In this document: piece by piece, positions 40,563 through 49,143 of the stretch | Layout of the letters: each line of letters starts with the position of its first letter | Position numbering within the stretch: the first letter of the stretch is position 1 | DNA from: an uncultured Bordetella sp. | GTDB lineage: Bacteria; Pseudomonadota; Gammaproteobacteria; Burkholderiales; Burkholderiaceae_A | Assembly: GCA_964440375.1 (NCBI GenBank) | Contig: CAYTRY010000005.1 | Span: 13,884-77,883, forward strand | Direction: 5' to 3' | DNA: 64,000 nucleotides | Position numbers and translations under genes: made by a program | Notes under the pieces: model-generated | What the model saw: only the letters and a program-made list of their open reading frames with translations | Database searches by the model: none | Told to the model about the DNA's origin: nothing

Positions 40563-41666
40563 ATGACTTCATTTTCAATCGCAGTCATTGCAGGCGACGG
40601 GATCGGCACCGAGGTCATGCCGCAGGGGGTGCGCGTGCTGGAAGCGGCTGCGCGTCGGCTGGGCCTGAACCTTCGGCTAGACCATTTTGAATTTGCCTCC
40701 TGCGCTTACTATCAAAAGCACGGCGAGATGATGCCGGCCAACTGGAAAGAAATTGTTGGCGGGCATGATGCAATTTTTTTTGGCGCTGTGGGCTGGCCCG
40801 CTACAGTACCCGACCATGTGTCACTCTGGGGTTCGCTGCTGAAGTTTCGCAGAGACTTTGATCAGTATGTCAATCTGAGGCCGGTGCGGCTGATGCCGGG
40901 CGTGCCCTGTCCACTGGCAGGCCGTCAGCCGGGCGATATTGATTTTTTTGTCGTACGCGAAAATACCGAGGGCGAGTATTCATCCGTCGGCGGCATTATG
41001 TTTCCGGACACTGAGCGCGAGATCGCTGTCCAAGAGACCATCATGAGCCGCACTGGCACAGATCGGATTCTGCGTTTTGCTTTTGAGCTCGCCAAGCGGC
41101 GGCCAAAACGTCATCTGACTTCTGCAACAAAATCAAATGGCATCGCGATTACCATGCCATGGTGGGACGGCCGAGTTCTTGAGATGTCAAAGGCCTTCCC
41201 CGAGGTGCGTGTCGACAAATATCACATTGATATTCTCACGGCGAATTTCGTGCTGCATCCTGACTGGTTTGATGTAGTCGTGGCCAGCAACTTATTCGGC
41301 GATATTCTTTCTGATCTCGGGCCGGCCTGCGCTGGAACAATTGGAATTGCGCCTTCTGCGAATTTGAATCCCGACCGTCGATTTCCTTCGTTATTTGAGC
41401 CGGTGCATGGGTCCGCGCCCGATATCGCTGGAAAGGGCATTGCGAATCCGATCGGCCAGATCTGGTCAGCGGCACTGATGTTGGAGTTTCTCGGATTTCC
41501 ACAGGGCCACGATCTCATTCTCAACGCGATCGAGCAGGTCCTTGCGGCCGGCCCGAAGACGCGGGATCTTGGTGGATCGGCAGGTACCGAAGAGGTCGGA
41601 CGGGCGATCGCTGATGCCGTCGCTGCTAATGACCTGCCGTCGATGCGGCCCTCTCTTATTGCCTAA
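40563..41666 (+). CDS. ttuC: Tartrate dehydrogenase/decarboxylase / D-malate dehydrogenase
   Basis: GDGIG, VPDHVSLWGSLLKFRR, RENTEGEYS, ATKSNG, EPVHGSAPDIAG. Confidence 0.88.
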   Translation: MTSFSIAVIAGDGIGTEVMPQGVRVLEAAARRLGLNLRLDHFEFASCAYYQKHGEMMPANWKEIVGGHDAIFFGAVGWPATVPDHVSLWGSLLKFRRDFDQYVNLRPVRLMPGVPCPLAGRQPGDIDFFVVRENTEGEYSSVGGIMFPDTEREIAVQETIMSRTGTDRILRFAFELAKRRPKRHLTSATKSNGIAITMPWWDGRVLEMSKAFPEVRVDKYHIDILTANFVLHPDWFDVVVASNLFGDILSDLGPACAGTIGIAPSANLNPDRRFPSLFEPVHGSAPDIAGKGIANPIGQIWSAALMLEFLGFPQGHDLILNAIEQVLAAGPKTRDLGGSAGTEEVGRAIADAVAANDLPSMRPSLIA

Positions 41667-41680
41667 GTCTGTTTCGTCTC

Positions 41681-42979
41681 GTGAATTCTTCTGAACTGAA
41701 ATCCCTACTACAAAAAAGTTTTGATGCTGCTGTTGCGGCGGCCGATCCTCGAAAAATTGTGGCCGCCCATCTTCCGAGGCCGCCCGCCAAGGGCCGTACC
41801 TTGGTCGTGGGGGCGGGCAAGGCAGCAGCCAGCATGGCCGCTGCAGTGGAATCTGTTTGGCCCGCCGATGCGGCGCTAACGGGAATCGTGATTACGCGTT
41901 ATGCACATGGCCTGCCCCTCAAGCGGATTCGCTGTGTTGAGGCAGGCCATCCCGTGCCGGACCAGGCCGGAGAGCGGGCCGCGCAGGAGATTCTTGATGC
42001 GGTGCTGGGCCTTGGCCCGCAGGATCAGCTCATCGTTCTGGTTTCCGGCGGCGGTTCGAGCCTGTTGTCGCTGCCGGCTGAGACCATCAGCATGGCAGAC
42101 CTGAAATCTCTGACCCAGGCCTTACTGAAGTCTGGGGCCCCCATCACCGAGATGAACACGGTGCGTAAGCATCTGTCTCGACTTCAGGGTGGATGGCTTG
42201 CGCTTGCCTGCAAAGCACCTGTCTCGGCCTTGGTGATCTCTGATGTGGTGGGCGATGATCCCTCCGCCATCGCATCCGGCCCCTGCACGGCGGATCCGAC
42301 GACCTTTCAAGATGCGGCCGATGTGCTCAAGCGCTGGTCGGTCACACCGCCTGCCTCAATTGCCGCACATCTGAGCGCCGGACTCTCGGGCGCACTACCG
42401 GAGACCCCGAAGCCGGGGGATCCCCGGCTGCAGCATGCGCAGACCACCGTGATTGCGACTGCACGTGAGAGTCTTCAGGCTGCATCCGCGGTTTTTTCTG
42501 GCGCTGGATTTCAAATCATCATGCTGGGCGATGCGGTCACTGGAGAGGCCCGGGATGTGGCCCAGGTCATGGCCTCCTGGGCCCGCGAGATCGCGCTATT
42601 TGCCCAGCCTCGGCCCCGAACCCCAGTTGTCTTGATCTCCGGCGGAGAGTGCACAGTCACCGTTCGTGGAAATGGCCGTGGCGGCCGATGTGTTGAGTTT
42701 CTTTTGGCATTCGCGCATGCCTGCGATGAATTGGGCATTTCAGGCCGCGTCGCAGGTATTGCAGCTGATACCGATGGCATTGATGGCGTGAGCCCGCATG
42801 CCGGGGGGATTCTATTGCCGGATACGATTCGGCGGGCACGGGATCAACGGCTGAGTCTGCGCCCGCTTTTAGATAACAACGACGGTCTTGGTCTGTTTGA
42901 ACCCCTTGGAGATGTGATCACTACCGGAGCGACACTGACCAATGTCAATGATTACCGGGCCATTGTCGTGATGCCATGA
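41681..42979 (+). CDS. ttuD: Glycerate 2-kinase (MOFRL/TtuD family)
   Basis: GAGKAAASMA, AGHPVPD, SGGGSSL, SDVVGDD, GGECTV, TDGIDG, TNVND. Confidence 0.9.
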   Translation: MNSSELKSLLQKSFDAAVAAADPRKIVAAHLPRPPAKGRTLVVGAGKAAASMAAAVESVWPADAALTGIVITRYAHGLPLKRIRCVEAGHPVPDQAGERAAQEILDAVLGLGPQDQLIVLVSGGGSSLLSLPAETISMADLKSLTQALLKSGAPITEMNTVRKHLSRLQGGWLALACKAPVSALVISDVVGDDPSAIASGPCTADPTTFQDAADVLKRWSVTPPASIAAHLSAGLSGALPETPKPGDPRLQHAQTTVIATARESLQAASAVFSGAGFQIIMLGDAVTGEARDVAQVMASWAREIALFAQPRPRTPVVLISGGECTVTVRGNGRGGRCVEFLLAFAHACDELGISGRVAGIAADTDGIDGVSPHAGGILLPDTIRRARDQRLSLRPLLDNNDGLGLFEPLGDVITTGATLTNVNDYRAIVVMP

Positions 42980-44037
42980 CACCGCAGCAAATCGTCATGA
43001 CACAGCCCGATGACTGGCATCTGCATCTGCGAGATGGTGAGATGCTGAGTGCGGTGCTGCCGTATACGGCCCGCCAGTTTGCACGGGCCATTGTGATGCC
43101 GAATCTGAAGCCCCCGGTCACCACCGTAAAGCAGGCGACAGAATATGCGCAACGTATTCGTGCTGCTCTTGCGCAACGAAGTGCTGATCAAAATACTGCA
43201 TTTGATCCATTGATGACCTTATATCTCACTGACCATACATCGGCAGATGAGATTAAGCGTGCACGCGACAGCGGGATCGTGCAGGCCGTGAAGCTCTATC
43301 CGGCAGGCGCCACCACCAATTCGGACAGCGGCGTGACCGATCTAAATCACTGCACCCAGGCCCTGGAAGCAATGCAGAAAAATGCAGTGGTGTTGTGCAT
43401 TCATGGCGAGGTGACCCATCAGGATGTTGATGTGTTTGATCGGGAGGCCGTCTTTATTGACCAGGTATTGATTCCCCTGCGCCACCGTTTTCCTGAGCTG
43501 AGAATTGTCTTTGAGCACATTACGACCCGTCAGGCCGTCGATTATGTGCAGTCGGCATCCGGGCCAATTGCTGCGACCATCACGCCCCAGCATCTGCTGT
43601 ATAACCGCAACGCTATTTTCCAGGGCGGAATTCGGCCTCACTACTACTGCCTGCCAGTGCTCAAGCGCGAAGTCCATCGGCAGGCGCTGTTGGCTGCGGC
43701 CACCAGCGCAAGTCCGAAGTTTTTTCTTGGAACAGACAGCGCTCCCCACGAGCAGGCCACCAAGGAGACCGCCTGTGGCTGCGCAGGATGCTTTTCTGCG
43801 CCTTACGCCTTAGAACTCTACGCCCAGGCATTCGCGTCAGCGGGTGCTTTAGATCGTCTTGAGGCTTTCGCATCGTTTTATGGGCCGGATTTTTATCGCC
43901 TGCCGCGCAATACAAAAAAAATTAAGCTCAGCCGTACAGCGCAAAAAATCTCATCACCGATTGCTGCCGCAGGCGGGTTTCTGGTGCCGCTGGGATTTGG
44001 CGAGCAGCTCGACTGGCGATTTGAGGGCCTGGCCTGA
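42976..44037 (+). CDS. pyrC: Dihydroorotase (class II)
   Basis: DDWHLHLRDG, MPNL, KLYPAGATTNS, FEHITT, FLGTDSAPH. Confidence 0.97.
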   Translation: MTPQQIVMTQPDDWHLHLRDGEMLSAVLPYTARQFARAIVMPNLKPPVTTVKQATEYAQRIRAALAQRSADQNTAFDPLMTLYLTDHTSADEIKRARDSGIVQAVKLYPAGATTNSDSGVTDLNHCTQALEAMQKNAVVLCIHGEVTHQDVDVFDREAVFIDQVLIPLRHRFPELRIVFEHITTRQAVDYVQSASGPIAATITPQHLLYNRNAIFQGGIRPHYYCLPVLKREVHRQALLAAATSASPKFFLGTDSAPHEQATKETACGCAGCFSAPYALELYAQAFASAGALDRLEAFASFYGPDFYRLPRNTKKIKLSRTAQKISSPIAAAGGFLVPLGFGEQLDWRFEGLA

Positions 44038-44051
44038 GCCGAGAGGCGTCC

Positions 44052-44801
44052 ATGTCGGGCTCGCCTTGGTGGACCGCGTCTGAGGCCCGTCTTGTTGCGC
44101 AGCTGCAGGACTTGCCGTTTGTCGAATTTCTAGAGGCATTAAATCGGCATGCCAAAGAACACGGCCTGCGCTCCGGCGGACATCAGCCCTTGCATTTTGT
44201 GCCGCAGCGTGAACTGCCGATCGAGCAGAACTATGAGGCCTGGATTTTCCAAACCGGCAGCGTGCCAACTCGCGATCTGGCCCATGATCGTTTGAATGCC
44301 ATGATGTGGATGCTTTACCCACAAACCAAGGCGGCCCTGAATCGACTCCAAGGAGATGAAATCTCGCGGCGCGGAGCGCAGGCAGCGCGTGGATCAGCCC
44401 GGGACGCTGCCACGCTCTGGGATGAGAATCTTTTAATTCTTGTTTGTTTTGATCATGCGGATCACCTGGCGGCCTTGCTGAAGGCCCATGATTGGACTGA
44501 ACTTTTTCTGACCTATCGCCATCGCTGGGCGGACACATGGCATCCAAGAATTTTTGGACATGCACTCGCAGAGAAATTAATTCGCCCGTATAAATCAATC
44601 ACCGCACATTGTCGGCTTCTGGACTGCGCCTCATTGGCTTTGGATGCAATTGATACCGGCCTTGCGGCGCTCGTTTCGGACCGCCTCTGTCCGGGAGATT
44701 TTTATCCGATGCCGGTGATGGGCCTGCCAGGCTGGCATCCAGAGAATTTTCAGCCGGCGTTTTATGAAGATCGCTCTGTCTTTCGGCCTCCAAGGCGCTG
44801 A
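44052..44801 (+). CDS. DUF3025 family protein
   Basis: YEAWIFQTGSVPTR...HD.LNA, RDAATLWDE, FGHALAEKL, PMPVMGLPGW; downstream of pyrC. Confidence 0.82.
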   Translation: MSGSPWWTASEARLVAQLQDLPFVEFLEALNRHAKEHGLRSGGHQPLHFVPQRELPIEQNYEAWIFQTGSVPTRDLAHDRLNAMMWMLYPQTKAALNRLQGDEISRRGAQAARGSARDAATLWDENLLILVCFDHADHLAALLKAHDWTELFLTYRHRWADTWHPRIFGHALAEKLIRPYKSITAHCRLLDCASLALDAIDTGLAALVSDRLCPGDFYPMPVMGLPGWHPENFQPAFYEDRSVFRPPRR

Positions 44802-47095
44802 GCCTGCCGGGGATAGCGAATCAATTCGAGCAGCCCATCAAAGTCGATGGGTTTACTTAAATGAAGATCGATTCCGGCCGCCAGCGAGGCGCTGACATCC
44901 TCGGAAAAAGCATGGCCAGAGACCGCGATGAGGAGGCATTGTTGGCTGGGGCCATAGACTGCGCGAATCTGTTGGGCAGCCTCCCGGCCGGAGATGCCTG
45001 GAAGATCGATATCCATCAGGATGCAGTCATACGCTACGGCACGGCTTTTCTCGATGGCCTCCTCGCCGCAGGCCGCAGCGTCAGCCTGCAGGCCATGATG
45101 CGAAAGCCAGCGCATAAGAATTTCCCGATTCATTGCAACGTCATCGACAACAAGAATTTTTCGCTGGCGGTCTAAGACGGCTGCAGATTCGTCAGCTGGC
45201 TGGGCCGTCGTGATCTCGGGTGCAGTCGCCGTCCTGGCCGAGAACTGAATGGTGAAGCAGCTGCCTTCGCCGGGCGCTGAGCGCAGCCCCAGGCGTCCAC
45301 CCATCGCCTCTAAAAGACTGCGGGCCAGTGTCAGGCCTAGGCCGCTGCCACCGTAGCGTTGTGCGATCGATGCACCTGCCTGCTGGAAGCGGCCAAAAAC
45401 AATTTCTTGTTGATCTTGCGTAAGGCCGATGCCCGTATCTTCAACCTCAATCAGTACATCAACTGTTTGATGTTGGATTGCATTGCCTGGCGTGATCAGA
45501 CGGCTGCGCAATTCAATGTGGCCTTGGGCGGTGAATTTGATCGCGTTTGAGATGAGATTTTTAAGAATTTGACTTACGCGTAGGGGATCAATGTAAATAT
45601 AAAGGCCATCTGGAATTTCCTGCCGCAGGTCTAGCCGTAGCCCCTTTTGTTCGGCAGTCCCGCGAAAAAGCCTGATGTTTCGTTCAATCAATCGCGTCAG
45701 TTGACTCGGCGCTGAATCAAATCGTAGTCGGCCCTCTTCAATTGCAGAAAAATCAATTAAATCGGAGAGCAGGGCATTTAACTCCTTGCCGCACTGGGTG
45801 AGTGACTCGAGATCGGACCGGTCTTGGGCAGTTGGACTGCGCTGCTTCATCAGTTCCACCAGGCCAACCATGCCATTTAACGGTGTTCGAATTTCGTGGC
45901 TCATATCGGCAATAAACCGTGATTTATTCTGATCGGCGGTCCGCTGGGCCTCAAGAGAGCGAATCATCTGATTGGTCATCTGGGTCAGCATTTGAAATTC
46001 GCGTGGTGGATTGTGGCCTGGCGTTAGGCTGCCGCCTTCGCGAGAAACTTTTTCAATCTCGCTGGCCATCTGCTCCATGGGTCCGAGGGTTCTATTGAGC
46101 AACAACGCCAGTGCGGCCAGAAACATTAGCCCGGTGAGGGCCAGGGCGACCCAGATGCCCGTTACGACCGGTGCGATCTCTGCATTGACTTCCTCATCGG
46201 GCAGGCTGATGAGGGTGATCCATCCCAGCTGATGGTGGCTACCGTATCCGGGGTTACGAACATAGCCCACCAAATAATGACGGCCATCGGGCCACTGCTC
46301 CCGAAGCCATCCTTGTTTGCCAGCACGGGCCTGCTGCACGCTTTGCAGGTGGGAATATTCTCCAGCGTGGGCCGCGGGGGCCATGAGTCGGGTGGTTCCA
46401 TCGTCACCGAGAACAATAATTTCTGCATGAAGATGCTTGGGAATCGACTGCAGAAAGCGTTTGTGCTGGGCCAAAAGCCAGTCCCAACTCAGGTGGGCGC
46501 CCAGCACGCCCAGGGTTCTGCCCGAGGCATCTCGAACGGGGGTCGCAAGATCAATAAATCGCCAGGGACCGCCCGAAGGATTCTGGCCAAGAAGGTCTGC
46601 AAGCAGCACGGCCTCGTGCAGATCGACCGTTGTTGGACGCGCCAAGCCCTGTTGAAACCAGTCACGATCGGCCACGTTTTTTCCGGCCAGCATGCCCTGA
46701 TTCGCAGCCCGGACCGTTCCCGTCTGGTCTGCGAATCCAATCCAGGTGTATTCAGGAACATGCTGCTGAATCGTATTGATCCAGAGTTCGAGTAGATCGT
46801 GCCGTTCGTGCAGGCGAAGGGCGGGCAGCAAGGCGGCCCGCGATCGCAGGTCATCGAGTCGCTGGCCGATGGTTGTATCAATGATTTCAGCGATTGCCTG
46901 GGCCTGCGCCGAGAGTTTCTGTCCTTCGCTCTCCGAGATCGTGCTGCGTGCGGAATGCATCATGGCCCAGCCCAGCGCAATCAGCGCCGCGATCAATGGC
47001 AGCAGAATCAGTAGCAACAGCGTAGTGCGCAGCGGCCGGCCGGGGCCCCGCGTTCCCCAGATCCATCGCGCAATGTGGGGGCCTTTACTGTTCAT
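44762..47095 (-). CDS. Hybrid sensor histidine kinase (TM, Cache-like sensor, TM, HAMP-like, HisKA, HATPase, receiver)
   Basis: H-box SHEIRTPLNG, NLISNAIKFT, DTGIG, GGSGLGL; receiver LVVDD, LMDIDLP, SKP; RDWF in periplasmic region. Confidence 0.92.
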   Translation of the reverse strand: MNSKGPHIARWIWGTRGPGRPLRTTLLLLILLPLIAALIALGWAMMHSARSTISESEGQKLSAQAQAIAEIIDTTIGQRLDDLRSRAALLPALRLHERHDLLELWINTIQQHVPEYTWIGFADQTGTVRAANQGMLAGKNVADRDWFQQGLARPTTVDLHEAVLLADLLGQNPSGGPWRFIDLATPVRDASGRTLGVLGAHLSWDWLLAQHKRFLQSIPKHLHAEIIVLGDDGTTRLMAPAAHAGEYSHLQSVQQARAGKQGWLREQWPDGRHYLVGYVRNPGYGSHHQLGWITLISLPDEEVNAEIAPVVTGIWVALALTGLMFLAALALLLNRTLGPMEQMASEIEKVSREGGSLTPGHNPPREFQMLTQMTNQMIRSLEAQRTADQNKSRFIADMSHEIRTPLNGMVGLVELMKQRSPTAQDRSDLESLTQCGKELNALLSDLIDFSAIEEGRLRFDSAPSQLTRLIERNIRLFRGTAEQKGLRLDLRQEIPDGLYIYIDPLRVSQILKNLISNAIKFTAQGHIELRSRLITPGNAIQHQTVDVLIEVEDTGIGLTQDQQEIVFGRFQQAGASIAQRYGGSGLGLTLARSLLEAMGGRLGLRSAPGEGSCFTIQFSARTATAPEITTAQPADESAAVLDRQRKILVVDDVAMNREILMRWLSHHGLQADAAACGEEAIEKSRAVAYDCILMDIDLPGISGREAAQQIRAVYGPSQQCLLIAVSGHAFSEDVSASLAAGIDLHLSKPIDFDGLLELIRYPRQAQRLGGRKTERSS

Positions 47096-47110
47096 CTCAC
47101 TTATTTCTAT

Positions 47111-47161
47111 GTGCTATAGATAAAATAGCACTCGACCACATTCAGAGCAATTGGCTATGAT
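47111..47161. promoter_or_regulatory. Divergent kinase/rnpB control region with a 7-7-7 palindrome and the rnpB -10 element
   Basis: GTGCTAT-N7-ATAGCAC (47111-47131); TCGACC (47132-47137)-18 bp-TATGAT (47156-47161). Confidence 0.5.
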
Positions 47162-47169
47162 CGGTATGG

Positions 47170-47526
47170 GAAGTAAGTCGGGCGGCCGCTGCCGTGCATA
47201 GCACGGGAGAGGAAGGTCCGGACTCCACAGGGAAGGGTGACGGCTAACGGCCGTACGCAGCAAGCGATCGCGAGGTCGCCCAAGGCGAGGAATAGGGCCA
47301 CAGAGACGAGTAAGCGCGGGAAACTGCGCGGATGTGAAACGCGGCAACCTCCACCCGGAGCAACACCAAATAGGCGCATGCCCGGCTTTGCCGGAGAGGA
47401 TGTCCCGTCCGATGTGCGCGGGTAGGTGGCTTGAGCCTGCTGGTAACGGCAGGCCTAGAGGGATGGTCGCTATAAGGCACTGCGTTGCAGTGTCTCGTAA
47501 CAGAATCCGGCCTATAGACTTACTTC
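47170..47526 (+). ncRNA. rnpB: RNase P RNA, bacterial type A
   Basis: GAGGAAGGTCCGGACTC and AACAGAATCCGGCCTA conserved blocks; P1 GAAGTAAGTC (47170-47179) / GACTTACTTC (47517-47526). Confidence 0.97.
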
Positions 47527-47547
47527 ACTTTTTTTACAGGAGGTGTG

Positions 47548-47949
47548 ATGCAAATTTTGCATACGATGTTGCGTGTTGGCGAACTGCAGCGATCGATTCA
47601 TTTTTATACCCATGTCTTGGGAATGAATCTGTTGCGTACGACCGATCGACAAGATCAGCAGTACTCACTGGCGTTTGTCGGCTTTGGCCGTGGCAATGAA
47701 GATGGCCATGCAGAGATTGAACTGACCTATAACTATGGTGTGTCCGACTATGAAATGGGCAGCGCCTACGGCCATATTGCGATTGCTGTTCCGGATGCGG
47801 CAGCGGCATGCGCGCGGATTCAGGCCGCAGGCGGCCAGGTCACGCGGCCGGCAGGCCCAGTGAAGGGCGGATCCACCGTGATTGCATTCGTCCAAGATCC
47901 TGACGGTTACAAAATTGAGTTGATTGAGCGGGCGGGCCTTGCTGCCTGA
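47548..47949 (+). CDS. gloA: Lactoylglutathione lyase (glyoxalase I)
   Basis: [38 protein letters not shown]; SD AGGAGG. Confidence 0.96.
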   Translation: MQILHTMLRVGELQRSIHFYTHVLGMNLLRTTDRQDQQYSLAFVGFGRGNEDGHAEIELTYNYGVSDYEMGSAYGHIAIAVPDAAAACARIQAAGGQVTRPAGPVKGGSTVIAFVQDPDGYKIELIERAGLAA

Positions 47950-47967
47950 TGCCGCTACAATCCACGC

Positions 47968-48462
47968 ATGAAAGTCTTTAACCTGAAGTGCGAGCATGGC
48001 CACCCGTTTGAGGGCTGGTTCAAAAGCCATCTCGCCTTCGAGGATCAGCGCTCCCGGGGCCTCTTGACCTGCCCGTTTTGCGACAGCCGAAGCGTTGAGA
48101 AAACACTCTCGGCACCGCGACTCAATCTCTCCGGGGCCCAGGCTGAGGCTGCGGCCGGGGTGGCGCCGGCACCAGAGCCTACCGCCACCGCTGAGTTCCC
48201 GGCGCCGGTATCGGCTGCGATTGATCCGAAGTCATCGCCCACACTCGCGCAGGCCTTGAAAGTCGTGCGGCAGCTGCTGGAGCACAGCGAAGATGTGGGC
48301 GATCGTTTCGCCCAGGAGGCCCGATCCATGCATCGCCAGGAGGCGCCGCTGCGGCCGATTCACGGCAGCACCAGTCTTGAGACGGCGCGGGAGCTGGCCG
48401 ATGAGGGGCTGCCGATCGTGCCGATCCCCTTTGCCGGACTACTCAAAAACTCCCTGCATTGA
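47968..48462 (+). CDS. DUF1178 family protein
   Basis: LKCEHGHPFEGWF, CPFCDS, SAPRLNL, EDVGDRFAQEAR. Confidence 0.9.
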   Translation: MKVFNLKCEHGHPFEGWFKSHLAFEDQRSRGLLTCPFCDSRSVEKTLSAPRLNLSGAQAEAAAGVAPAPEPTATAEFPAPVSAAIDPKSSPTLAQALKVVRQLLEHSEDVGDRFAQEARSMHRQEAPLRPIHGSTSLETARELADEGLPIVPIPFAGLLKNSLH

Positions 48463-48494
48463 CCCGGCTTTACCCCTCCGGGGCCGGTTTTTCT
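48463..48494 (+). terminator. Possible terminator after the DUF1178 gene
   Basis: CCGGC...GCCGG stem followed by TTTTTCT. Confidence 0.5.
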
Positions 48495-48643
48495 GCCCCA
48501 CGCCAAGCGAATTCCCCAGCTGTCCTGATAAATCACTTTATAAGTGATTTTTATCCTATTGATTTATTTGAATTTTTGTTTGAAAATCATTCTTGAAATA
48601 AGGCCTAAGTTGTTGTTTTAGAAAGAAAAAATCCCCATTCGAC

Positions 48644-48705
48644 TTGACCGGTAACACTGATTTCCATAAAGTGGGAAATCGTGCAAAAAAGTGGTTTTTT
48701 GTGGG
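48644..48705 (+). promoter_or_regulatory. dcw (mraZ) promoter with MraZ-box-like repeats
   Basis: TTGACC (48644-48649)-17 bp-TAAAGT (48667-48672); GTGGG/GTGCA/GTGGT/GTGGG at 48671, 48681, 48691, 48701 (10-bp period). Confidence 0.75.
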
Positions 48706-48714
48706 GGTTTTCTT

Positions 48715-49143
48715 TTGGCGCTATCACTCGCCTTTTCCGGGGTCTCGGCCCTCAGCCTAGACGTCAAAGGCCGGATGACCATTCCGACGCGCTACCGGGA
48801 TGAGCTGCTCGCGCGCTCTCAGGGCGCGCTCGCGTTGGTGGAGAGTGACGACGGCTGCCTGCTGCTGATGGCCCAGTCGCTCTGGGCAGAAAAGGTGGCG
48901 CTGTTCTCTTCCGATGATCGCGATGCCGAGCGGCGGCGGTTCTGGATGGGATTAAGCGATACCCCCGAGATGGATGCCCAGGGCCGGGTGCTCATTAATC
49001 CTGTGCTGCGTGAGGGCGCTCATATTCAACGCGATGTGATTCTGCTTGGCGTGGGAGAGCTGTTCGAAATCTGGGATGCATCTGCCTTGGAGCTGCATAA
49101 GCAGGCTGTCCGCCAGCGTAAGCGCGGCGGGAGTGCGATGTGA
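48715..49143 (+). CDS. mraZ: Division/cell wall cluster transcriptional repressor
   Basis: Two DxxGR motifs (DVKGR, DAQGR), FEIWD; start inferred at TTG 48715. Confidence 0.9.
   Translation: MALSLAFSGVSALSLDVKGRMTIPTRYRDELLARSQGALALVESDDGCLLLMAQSLWAEKVALFSSDDRDAERRRFWMGLSDTPEMDAQGRVLINPVLREGAHIQRDVILLGVGELFEIWDASALELHKQAVRQRKRGGSAM

Noticed and set aside
47114-47699. Several short ORFs over 47114-47699
   Set aside because: They overlap the RNase P RNA gene and gloA.
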